NCBI GenBank assembly: GCA_033442325.1
Contig: JAWQFM010000004.1
Location: 428,979-492,978, forward strand
Source: Salpingoeca rosetta
Lineage: Eukaryota; Protista; Choanoflagellata
DNA: 64,000 nucleotides
Direction of reading: 5' to 3'
How positions within the stretch are numbered: the stretch's first letter is position 1; each line of letters starts with the position of its first letter. This document shows, piece after piece, positions 1 through 15,300 of the stretch. A program made the translations under genes and the position numbers. The notes under the pieces are model-generated. The model made no database searches. It was not told the origin of the DNA and worked only from the letters and a program-made list of their open reading frames with translations.

Positions 1-298
1 TGTGTGTGTGTCTGTGTCTGTGTGTGTGTCTGTGTGTGTCTGTGTGTGTCTGTGTGTGTCTGTGTTCATGTGTGTGTGTGTGTGATGTGTCTGTGATGTG
101 TGTCTGTCTCTATATCTGCGTGTCGGTGTGTGTGTGTGTATTTTCTGTCCATCTGTCTGTCTGTCTCTCTGTCTGTGCCTGTGCCTGCGTGTCTGTGCAT
201 TCCTGTGCACTCGCGAGAACGTGCATGCTGTGTGTGCTTGTGATGGACGTCAAAGAGCACCGCTGACGTGCCATGTCACAACGACACCACCACTGCAT

Positions 299-1263
299 GC
301 AGGGCCGCACGGATTCCCGCGTGCGGCGTATGGCTTTGGAAAGACACTGGGACTCACTGTGAGGTGTGTTGACTCACACTCATTTCATGTGCGCAGTGGT
401 CTCTGCTGGCTCACTTTGTTGATCACGCACTGGCGCTCACTTTGCCTCACTGTCTTCCTCCCACCATGCACTTGACTCAGATTGCTGAGGAGAGCAAATG
501 AGGCGATGAGCTCATTCTCCAAGCGACATCAGATTGCGGAGTTGCACGAACAGCTGCAGTCTGGACTGAACGACATCAACGCGATCCGAAGTGAATGGCA
601 CCAACTCACCAACAGGCAGATGATCCAATCGTCGCTCCTCGGGTGGGTTTGTGATGGGGCTGTGTTTGTCTGTGGTGAAAGCTGAAAGACACCGCTCTTC
701 AATACATCTCTGCTCAACCACACGTGCACGCACTCTCACTCACTCACTCATTCACTCACTCATTCCTTCTCTCCCTCACACACACACTCACACACACTCA
801 CACACTCACTCACACACACACTCACTCACACACTCACTTACACTCTCCCTCACTCACTCACTCACTCACACACTCACACACACACACGTGCAACAGACAT
901 CAAGCAACGTCAGCCACTGCCCAAACCACGCTGCAATCCAGCGCTTCATCCACGCCAACGCCCACCCCTCCTTTGTCACCAACGCCACACACGACTGCTG
1001 CTACCGCTGCTGCTGCTGCTGGCACTCAGGCCCCAGCCTCCCCGCAGCCGTCAGCGTCGCAGCCACCATCCACGCCACCTGCACGCAGCAGTCAGGACGG
1101 ACATGCGGCCATGCTTGAGATGAGCGCGAAGACGGTGAAAAGCCAGCAGCAAGGCGTAGCGGGTAGTGACTATCTAAACGTGGCGCTGGCAGCACAACAG
1201 CTCGCCAGACAGGAACGCATCATCTTGCAGCAGCAGCAGCCAGGAAACGGGGCTGGTGACTGA
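299..1263 (+). CDS. 3' part of a spliced hypothetical protein (coiled-coil exon plus S/T/P/Q-rich last exon)
   Basis: AG-preceded exons at ~481-642 (LRRANEAMSSFSKRHQIAELHEQLQSGLNDINAIRSEW) and ~896-1263 ending in TGA, separated by microsatellite introns; 5' end lies outside the window. Confidence 0.5.
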
Positions 1264-1683
1264 CACATCACACCTGTTGCGCTTCATAATTAAGACCCTC
1301 GCTCTGCGTTTGTGTGTGTGTGTGTGTGTATGTCTGTGTCTGTGTCTGTGTCTGTGTCTGTGTGTCTGTGTGTCTGTGTGTCTGTGTGCATGCGTGCGTG
1401 ACAGTGTTTGTTTGTGCTGGTTATCCAGTGTGCTCTCGCTTGTGTGCACGCGAGCTCCTTATTGCCTCCCCCTCCTTGTATAAACGACTCTCTAGCACGA
1501 CCCATCAACGCGAGTGCTGCTGTTCGCTCGATTGTAATTGAAGTTGCTGATACGATTTCCATAGCACACGCGACAAGACAGACACACGCTCGCATACACA
1601 TCCGAAGCACACATCCCAACACACTCACTATCTGCTGCTGGCAAAGAAAACTCGATGGTGAGAATCATACTCACACTCCCACA

Positions 1684-1813
<130 letters not shown>

Positions 1814-1855
1814 CCGCGACATGAATTTGTGCCCAGGCGCACGCCTGAAGAGCCG

Positions 1856-5016
<3,161 letters not shown>

Positions 5017-5456
5017 CTGTCGTATCGAGAGCAGACCAGGGTGCGATGACGTGAGCCGGGGTACATGAGCCAACGTGCGAGTCAGAAGACTTGAAATGTG
5101 ACGGGCGCGTGAAACTATCACTCCACAACCGACAGATGGACAAGGGTAGCGTCGCTATGTGTCGACTACACAAAACCCGCGGCAAGGCATGAAAGAGTGT
5201 GCAAAAGGTGCAGTGCAGTTGGTTCAAGCCAGCAGCCACAAGTGCTGGCTTGAGCACGCAAGGCGCCCAGTCGCCTTCACCACACGTGCCATGGCGAGCT
5301 CAAGCAGGAAACCTCACCTTCAAACATTATCCCTGCGCTGAGCAGCAATGAGAAAGCAAAGGCAGGAGGGTACGAATGCTGTTCGTGAAGGATAAACTCT
5401 GTCGATACACGTGAGACAACCAAGGCATGCAGATATATGAGTAAGGGTGAATACAT

Positions 5457-5589
<133 letters not shown>

Positions 5590-6067
5590 GAACCACAAGC
5601 GCATCAGTTGCAACACAAGTCTCCGAAAAAGACAATGCAACTCCCATTCACTAACCAAGACTGACTGCTGAGGCGAATGAGTGGATCAAAGGGTGTGCCT
5701 GCGTTTGCGGTGTACGTTGTGTCCGGCCGTCTCTCTGCTGTTCACAACCGCTTCTCTTCAAAGTGCTGCTTGCTTGCTTGTGCTTGCCTTTACCCTTGCT
5801 CGCTTTGCTCGCTTGCTTGCCCCTTCGGCTTTGGACTGCTGCACGACTGTGTCGAAGGCAAACAAGAGGTGGTCGTGGTCGTGGTGGTCGTGGTCAGGCG
5901 ATGTGCACAAAACACACACACACACACAGACGCAGCGTGAATTTCGCCTTATTTTGCTGCTTGTTGACTGCTGGCGGGGTTTTTTGCGATTGGCAATGTC
6001 GAGGATTTGTGGGCGTTTTACGTCAATTATCAGTGGCACCCTTTCGTTTGTATTGTTCGCGGCACAC

Positions 6068-6100
6068 TTTTCGCGCCGCCAAATTTGAAGATTTTCGCGC
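6068..6100 (+). promoter_or_regulatory. Putative E2F/CDE-CHR elements in a bidirectional promoter
   Basis: TTTTCGCGC twice, flanking GCCGC-N4-TTTGAA. Confidence 0.45.
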
Positions 6101-6207
6101 TCAAACCTGTTTTGCAGCGGGCGACACCTCTCGTTGGGGCGACAGGCAGAGTTGTATGAACTGACAAGAAGAAGACGACAACGACCACGGCGAAGCGGTG
6201 TGTGGTG

Positions 6208-8715
6208 ATGATGGTCGCGGTCGTCGTGCTGGCAGTGGTGATGTTGGCAGTGGTGGTGGCGCAACGTGGAGGTGTAGTTGCGACGGCTGCAAGTACGACT
6301 GCCACGGAGGCTGCAACCGTAGCAAACGAGAAAGAGAATCGTGCGCACAGGAATGCATACCATGGGCTGACCAAGGAAGAAGAGAAGTTGTTGAGGTTGC
6401 ATGGACTGCGACGCTCCTCGTCCACAGGCATCCCCATTGACACCAATGGCTACCTTCTCTATTGCCCTTGCATGGGCCGCTTCGGCAACCAGGTGTGCTC
6501 TTGTCACAAAGGGGGTGGGTGAGTTGAGTTGCTGTGTGTCTGTGTGCGTGTGCTTGTTAGCGATTGTGTTTCTGGTTCTGTGTCTGGGTCTGTGTCTGTG
6601 TCTGTGTGCGTGTGTTTGTTTGCGATTGTGTTTCTGGTTCTATGTGTGGCTCTGTGTCTGTGTCTGTGTGCGTGTGTTTGTTTGCGAGTGTGCTTCTCGT
6701 TCTGTGTCTCTGTGTCTGGTGCTGTGTCTGTGGATGTGCGTGTTCCTGTGCGTGCGCCAACCCTGCCATTCACTGACATTGCATACCTTGGTTCCTTGTT
6801 GTGCTCCCTGACCATGACCTGCCAACCGCGCTTCATCACAGGCCGCGCACCTCATTGGCACGTTGTCAAAAGCAAAAGAGGTGAACAGGACACTCGTCGT
6901 GCCGCCATTTATCACTTACTCGCAGCGGCCCATTGGCTTGATCCCCTACACCAGCTACTTTGACCTGGCGTGAGTACACTTGATTCAAACACTCACAATG
7001 GTTGGTCCCGTCTGCGCTACTCGCCATTCCGTCGCCATTGGTCATGCTGTGCCCCTCTCCTCCTCCTTCACCAACATTACCCTCTTCACCAAACACAAAC
7101 ACCACCACCACCACCACCACCCTGCTCATCATCCCACGCTGCGCTGCCCCCTTGCGTTGACTGCGCCTCTGCCCATCACAGCACAACCGCCACCGCCACC
7201 TCTTCCTTCTCCTCCTCCTCCTCCTCCTCCTTCTTGTTTCCCCTCTTCTGTGCTGCCTCCCACAACACAAACTCATCACACCAACGCTCCTTCGCTGTCC
7301 ACAGGAAACTGCAAGAGTTCCACCGCGTGCTGCCCATGGAGACGTTCATGCAACTGCTGGCGCCGGAGGTGTGGCCGCCGGCACGCCGCCACATGTACTG
7401 CCCCCAGTTTCCATCCGCACACGGCTCTGATGCCCCCTCTGCAGTGGACTGCCGCACCAAGCAGGGTAACCCATTTGGGCCCTTCTGGGATGCGTTTGGT
7501 GTCGACTTCATCTCCGATCGAGCAGTTCCCCCGCACAGCGCAGACTGGGCAACAGCCCTGCCACCAAAGTCGCACCTGGTTGTGTCGCTGCGGGGTGCCC
7601 CTGCCCCCTTTCCCGAACGCCCCGAGCACAGATACATTGCGCAGTACATTGAGTGGAATGAAGAGGTGCATGCGAGCGTGGATGCGTGGATGATGCAGCA
7701 CCTGCAGCGGCCCGTTGTTGCGGCCCATCTGCGTGCTGGCGGTGACTGGCGTAACGCTTGCGCACGCGCGGCGGACACTATGCAAGAGTTTATGGCCAGC
7801 CCGCAATGCCCACACACCGGACCCATCACACAGGTCAATGAGTGCTCTGTGTGTCTGTGTGTGCGTGTCTGTGTGTCTGTGTCTGTGTCTGTGTGTCTTT
7901 GTATCTGTCTGTGTGTGTCTGTGTGTGTGTCTGTGTCTGTGTGTGTGCGTCAGTTTGTGTGTATGTTATTCTGTCTGTGTCCGTGTCTTTATGTCCATAC
8001 TCTGTCCCTCTGTTTCTGCGTCCCTCTGTTTCTGTGTCCCTCTGCCTGTCTGACTAACTGCCAGTGCGTGTGTCCGAGCGACGGGCATTCCTGTGCCTCT
8101 TGTCTCTGCCTCTACCTCTAACATATGATGTCGTTTTCCCTCATCATGGCTTGGCATGTTTGCAGGCCATGTGCCTGCCGACTGCGGAAGAGGCTGCGGC
8201 CAAGATTGCCGAAGAGGTGGTGAGGCAGGATGCGCGCTCTGTCTTCATTGCCACAGACAACTCTCATTACACCAAGCGCGTCGCTGCTATTGTCGAACAC
8301 CTTGTGTAAGACAAACGGCAGCCCATGGCTGACGCTGAGAGGGGGATGTGTCTCTGTGTGTCTGTGTGTGTGTGTGTGTGTGTATGCATGTGTGTGTGCG
8401 TCAGTGTGTGTGTGTGTATGCATGTGTGTGTGTGTTTCTTGTTTGCATGTGGTGCCGGTCATCTTACTGTGCTTCCAACGCACGTGTGCTCCCCCACTCT
8501 CTGACATTGACTTGCTCCCACCCACCCGCACAAATGTGTTCCCCCATGCAGCGATGCGCGTGTGGTGACGGCAGCCAAAGGATTCATGCACGACCTTGCT
8601 GTCCTGACAAAGTCGGACTTCTTCATCGGCAACTGCGTGAGCTCGTTTACCTCCTTTGTCACCCGGTACCGCCAAACCCGTGACCACCTCCCCATGACCT
8701 TCTTTGGACTCGACC

Positions 8716-8762
<47 letters not shown>

Positions 8763-8786
8763 GCCCACGACCCAACGGAATTTTGA
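6208..8786 (+). CDS. POFUT1: GDP-fucose protein O-fucosyltransferase 1 (GT65)
   Basis: Signal peptide; exons ~6208-6492, 6842-6969, 7304-7833, 8166-8305, 8552-8786 give [15 protein letters not shown]|[74 protein letters not shown], all diagnostic POFUT1 motifs; C-terminus PTEF resembles human RDEF. Confidence 0.96.
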
Positions 8787-9338
8787 CTTTGCCGTGGTGT
8801 CCTCTCGCCAAAGTCATTTTTGACATGGGCTTTGGCTTGAAAATTTGTGCATATTTTCAGTAAATCGTACGTAAGCGTTCCGATGCACACTCCTTCCTGC
8901 GTGCCACAAACGCCAACGCCACCACGAACAGACAGCCCACAGCAGAATGCGCTCAACAACAACACTGACACACAACAGGCAGCTGCGGCACATGCCTTCC
9001 TCCGTGTCGCGCATGCCAACTGTGGAAATGGAACAACCAACGCATGCCTTAGCTTCACAACAAGAAAACTTATGCCTGGCGGGATGTGCCGCCGTCTTGA
9101 GCGAGCCCTAAGCGAGCCTCGCAAACCATTTTCCTTTGCCTTTTCACCTCCCTGATCACCAGCAACCACCAACAACCACACTCGCCTCGAGTGCAAGCAC
9201 GACGACTCTCTCGCTTCATCCAGATCCATCCAGCACTTGAACTAACACCAAAGGCAGTCCAGCTGGCTTCAAGGAGAACGCCCGGCACACCCTAGATCAC
9301 ATCACACGCCCACAACAGACCTCGCTTGTGGCCGAGAG

Positions 9339-12300
9339 ATGGCTGGTGCGGCCACCGCAGCCACAGCAGTGCTGCTGGCACTGCTACTGGCCTCCCCAAA
9401 CGCACACGCAGGCGATTGGGAATGCCCGACTTACTCCGCCGTTGACAACTTCGAAGTCTCTTCCTACTCCAACAACGACGGCAACTTCAACTGGAACGGC
9501 CCTTGGGTCGAAGAGGACCCAAACGGCGGCGGCGTGACCTCCGGCAGGGTTCGCATCGAGAACGGCGATCTCCGCCTCGACGACATCGGCAGCACCCGCC
9601 AGCGCATCGCTGCCACGCGCTCTGTTGATCTCAGCAGCGCCGACCACAGCGCCACGCTCCAGCTGGAGTACCACACCGTCGGCGACGTCGAACGCACAGA
9701 CGAGTTTGTCATTGAAGTGTCAAAGGACGGCAATAGCTTTGTGGCCCTGGACACCATCAGCGCTACCTCCTGCCGCGACAACAAGCAATCCCGCATCTAC
9801 ACCATCTCCAAGTACGCGTCCCGCCACACCACCATCCGCATCCGCATCAAGGACGGCTTCCGTGGCCGCGACGAAGGCATCATCATCGACTGGATTGCCG
9901 TCACCTTCTCCTCGTGCAGCCCCTATTCATCCACAACCACAACACGGGCAGCCACAACCACCACCACCAAGGCACGCACCACGACCACGACACGGGCACC
10001 CACCACCACCACGACACGCGCTCCCACCACGACCACGACACGCGCTCCCACCACGACCACGACAGAGCGGGCCACGACAACGGCAGGCGGACCATGCGAT
10101 CCTAACCCGTGCCAGAACGGCGGCACCTGTGAGGTGTACTGGTGGAAGTACTACAAGTGCTACTGCCCAGACGGCTTCCGTGGCTCAAACTGCGAGGAGC
10201 AGGTGACAACCACATAACACNNNNNNNNNNNNNNNNNNNNNNNNNNNNNNNNNNNNNNNNNNNNNNNNNNNNNNNNNNNNNNNNNNNNNNNNNNNNNNNN
10301 NNNNNNNNNNNNNNNNNNNNCAGCAACCCGTGCCTGAACGGCGGCACGTGCAAGTCCAAGGACCACGGCCGGGACTACAAGTGCTACTGCCCCCACGGGT
10401 ACAAGGGCGAGCGCTGCGAGATCAACCGCTACACCACCACGCCCTCGCGCCCCACCACCACGGAGAACGACATCTGCGACAGCAACCCATGCCTGAACGG
10501 CGGCACGTGCAAGTCCAAGGACCACGGCCGGGACTACAAGTGCTACTGCCCCCACGGGTACAAGGGCGAGCGCTGCGAGATCAACCGCTACACCACCACG
10601 CCCTCGCGCCCCACCACCACGGAGAACGACATCTGCGACACCAACCCGTGACTGAACGGCGGCACGTGCAAAGTCCAAAGGACCACGGCCGGGACTACAA
10701 GTGCTACTGCCCCCACGGTACAAGGGCCGAGCGCTGCGAGATCAATCCGCTACACCACCACGTCCTCGCGACCCACCAGCACGGAGAACGACATCTGCGA
10801 CACCAACCCATGCCTGAACGGCGGCACGTGCAAGTCCAAGGACCACGGCCGGGACTACAAGTGCTACTGCCCCCACGGGTACAAGGGCGAGCGCTGCGAG
10901 ATCAACCGCTACACCACCACGCCCTCGCGCCCCACCACCACGGAGAACGACATCTGCGACAGCAACCCATGCCTGAACGGCGGCACGTGCAAGTCCAAGG
11001 ACCACGGCCGGGACTACAAGTGCTACTGCCCCCACGGGTACAAGGGCGAGCGCTGCGAGATCAACCGCTACACCACCACGCCCTCGCGCCCCACCACCAC
11101 GGAGAACGACATCTGCGACACCAACCCGTGCCTGAACGGCGGCACGTGCAAGTCCAAGGACCACGGCCGGGACTACAAGTGCTACTGCCCCCACGGGTAC
11201 AAGGGCGAGCGCTGCGAGATCAACCGCTACACCACCACGCCCTCGCGCCCCAGCACCACGGAGAACGACATCTGCGACAGCAACCCATGCCTGAACGGCG
11301 GCACGTGCAAGTCCAAGGACCACGGCCGGGACTACAAGTGCTACTGCCCCCACGGGTACAAGGGCGAGCGCTGCGAGATCAACCGCTACACCACCACGCC
11401 CTCGCGCCCCACCACCACGGAGAACGACATCTGCGACACCAACCCGTGCCTGAACGGCGGCACGTGCAAGTCCAAGGACCACGGCCGGGACTACAAGTGC
11501 TACTGCCCCCACGGGTACAAGGGCGAGCGCTGCGAGATCAACCGCTACACCACCACGCCCTCGCGCCCCACCACCACGGAGAACGACATCTGCGACACCA
11601 ACCCGTGCCTGAACGGCGGCACGTGCAAGTCCAAGGACCACGGCCGGGACTACAAGTGCTACTGCCCCCACGGGTACAAGGGCGAGCGCTGCGAGATCAA
11701 CCGCTACACCACCACGCCCTCGCGCCCCACCACCACGGAGAACGACATCTGCGACACCAACCCGTGCCTGAACGGCGGCACGTGCAAGTCCAAGGACCAC
11801 GGCCGGGACTACAAGTGCTACTGCCCCCACGGGTACAAGGGCGAGCGCTGCGAGATCAACCGCTACACCACCACGCCCTCGCGCCCCACCACCACGGAGA
11901 ACGACATCTGCGACACCAACCCGTGCCTGAACGGCGGCACGTGCAAGTCCAAGGACCACGGCCGGGACTACAAGTGCTACTGCCCCCACGGGTACAAGGG
12001 CGAGCGCTGCGAGATCAACCGCTACACCACCACGCCCTCGCGCCCCACCACCACGGAGAACGACATCTGCGACACCAACCCGTGCCTGAACGGCGGCACG
12101 TGCAAGTCCAAGGACCACGGCCGGGACTACAAGTGCTACTGCCCCCACGGGTACAAGGGCGAGCGCTGCGAGATCAACCGCTACACCACCACGCCCTCGC
12201 GCCCCACCACCACGGAGAACGACATCTGCGACACCAACCCATGCCTGAACGGCGGCACGTGCAAGTCCAAGGACCACGGCCGGGACTACAAGTGCTACTG

Positions 12301-15300
12301 CCCCCACGGGTACAAGGGCGAGCGCTGCGAGATCAACCGCTACACCACCACGCCCTCGCGCCCCACCACCACGGAGAACGACATCTGCGACAGCAACCCA
12401 TGCCTGAACGGCGGCACGTGCAAGTCCAAGGACCACGGCCGGGACTACAAGTGCTACTGCCCCCACGGGTACAAGGGCGAGCGCTGCGAGATCAACCGCT
12501 ACAGCACCACGCCCTCGCGCCCCACCATCACGGAGATCGACATCTGCGACAGCAACCCATGCCTGAACGGCGGCACGTGCAAGTCCAAGGACCACGGCCG
12601 GGACTACAAGTGCTACTGCCCCCACGGGTACAAGGGCGAGCGCTGCGAGATCAACCGCTACACCACCACGCCCTCGCGCCCCACCACCACGGAGAACGAC
12701 ATCTGCGACACCAACCCGTGCCTGAACGGCGGCACGTGCAAGTCCAAGGACCACGGCCGGGACTACAAGTGCTACTGCCCCCACGGGTACAAGGGCGAGC
12801 GCTGCGAGATCAACCGCTACACCACCACGCCCTCGCGCCCCACCACCACGGAGAACGACATCTGCGACACCAACCCGTGCCTGAACGGCGGCACGTGCAA
12901 GTCCAAGGACCACGGCCGGGACTACAAGTGCTACTGCCCCCACGGGTACAAGGGCGAGCGCTGCGAGATCAACCGCTACACCACCACGCCCTCGCGCCCC
13001 ACCACCACGGAGAACGACATCTGCGACACCAACCCATGCCTGAACGGCGGCACGTGCAAGTCCAAGGACCACGGCCGGGACTACAAGTGCTACTGCCCCC
13101 ACGGGTACAAGGGCGAGCGCTGCGAGATCAACCGCTACACCACCACGCCCTCGCGCCCCACCACCACGGAGAACGACATCTGCGACAGCAACCCATGCCT
13201 GAACGGCGGCACGTGCAAGTCCAAGGACCACGGCCGGGACTACAAGTGCTACTGCCCCCACGGGTACAAGGGCGAGCGCTGCGAGATCAACCGCTACACC
13301 ACCACGCCCTCGCGCCCCACCACCACGGAGAACGACATCTGCGACACCAACCCGTGCCTGAACGGCGGCACGTGCAAGTCCAAGGACCACGGCCGGGACT
13401 ACAAGTGCTACTGCCCACACGGGTACAAGGGCGAGCGCTGCGAGATCAACCGCTACACCACCACGCCCTCGCGCCCCACCACTACGCGTGCACCCCCAAC
13501 CACTACCGGTGATGGTCCCTGTGAACCAAACCCATGCGAGGTACGTGTGCTGTTTAGCTTTTTCATATGTTTTGTTTTGTGGTCAAATGACTTTAGTTGT
13601 CGTTATGTACCTGTGCTCATGCATTCTTTGATGCAACTTTACAGGGGTGCATGCAACCGCACACATATGTGCGTTACACTCATCTCATTACTCACCCATC
13701 CACGTCGTTTTTGTGTGTTTTCTTTGCGTTTGATAGAATGGCGGTACGTGCGAGGTGTACTGGTGGCTCTTCTTCACGTGCCACTGCCCTGAGGGCGTCT
13801 CTGGACGCACCTGCGAACATGTCGACACCACCGCAACTACACGTGCTCCAACCACTACAACGACAGAGGCGACACCCACACGTCCGCGTACGACCACACC
13901 GCGCACAACAGCTGCAACAACGCCCAGGCCAACCACAACAACGACACCAGCAGCCACGACCCTGCCTGGCTACACATGCTTGAAGGCACGCCAGTGTGAG
14001 GCAGCTCCGCCAGGCGAGAAGTACTGCAACACGGCTGTGCTGCAGCTGAACTGTGGTCCACGGAGAGTCATCAAGGTTGCGCATGCGTTCTACGGTCGTC
14101 GTGACAAGGACGTGTGCCCTGATCCGCTGCTCCGTGACGGCAGCACAGACTTGACAACGTGCTCCATCCAGGCAACTGACCTTGTTGCAGACATTTGCGA
14201 CGGCGAAGAGGCGTGCCGTGTGTCTGCATGCAACTCTGTCTTCTCCGATCCGTGCGTGGACACGTACAAATACCTCGAGGTCGACTACCAGTGTGTCGAT
14301 GAGGACGATGTTGACGAGGAGGTTCGCTGTGGCGAGCACACGACCACACGGGCACCCACCACCACCACTGAGCGTCGCACCACAACAACGGAGCGCCCAA
14401 CTACCACCACTGAGCGTCGCACCACAACAACGGAGCGCCCAACTACCACCACGGAGCGTCGCACCACAACAACTGAGCGTCGCACCACAACAACGGAGCG
14501 CCCAACTACCACTACGGAGCGTCGCACCACAACAACGGAGCGCCCAACTACCACCACTGAGCGTCGCACCACAACAACGGAGCGTCGCACCACAACAACT
14601 GAGCGTCGCACCACAACAACGGAGCGCCCAACTACCACTACGGAGCGTCGCACCACAACAACGGAGCGCCCAACCACCACCACAGAGCGTCGCACTACGA
14701 CAACGGACCGCCCAACTACCACCACGAAGCGTCGCACCAAGACAACGGACCGCCCAACTACCACCACGGAGCGCCCAACAACAACCACGGAGCGTCGTAC
14801 CACGACCACTGAGCGCCCAACTACCACCACGAAGCGTCGCACCAAGACAACGGACCGCCCAACTACCACCACGGAGCGCCCAACAACAACCACGGAGCGT
14901 CGTACCACGACCACTGAGCGCCCAACTACCACAACGGAACGCCGCACCACGACAACGGAACGCCCAACTACCACAACGGACCGCCCAACTACCACCACTG
15001 AGCGTCGCACCACAACAACTGAGCGTCGCACTACGACCACTCCTGGTGGAGATGTGTGTGGTGACTTGACTGCGACACGTGACTTCCTTGGCAACCTCAT
15101 CTTCTGCGGTCAGTCTGGCCATGCGTGCCCAGGTGGAAGCTTCTGTGGCAGCCGCGACTACTGCTGTGACCGCGCGGAGCCATCCACCACCATCACGGAG
15201 CGTCGCACCACGACAACTGAACGCCCAACTACCACAACGGAGCGCCGCACCACGACAACGGAACGCCCAACTACCACAACGGAACGCCGCACCACGACAA

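Noticed and set aside
6540-6720. ~60-bp degenerate tandem repeat in POFUT1 intron 1
   Set aside because: A TG-rich slippage duplication with no evident function.
10640-10800. TGA and frameshifts in EGF copy 3 (pseudogene or programmed recoding?)
   Set aside because: A cluster of single-base indels with net +3 near a contig end; most likely low-quality read errors.
10321-13490. CRISPR-like regular array
   Set aside because: Units are contiguous and coding, with no unique spacers and no cas genes.
10330-13512. 1060-aa plus-strand and 892-aa minus-strand ORFs over the array
   Set aside because: Off-frame and antisense shadows of a stop-free GC-rich repeat; the EGF frame is the real one and is missing from the ORF track only because it lacks a start codon.
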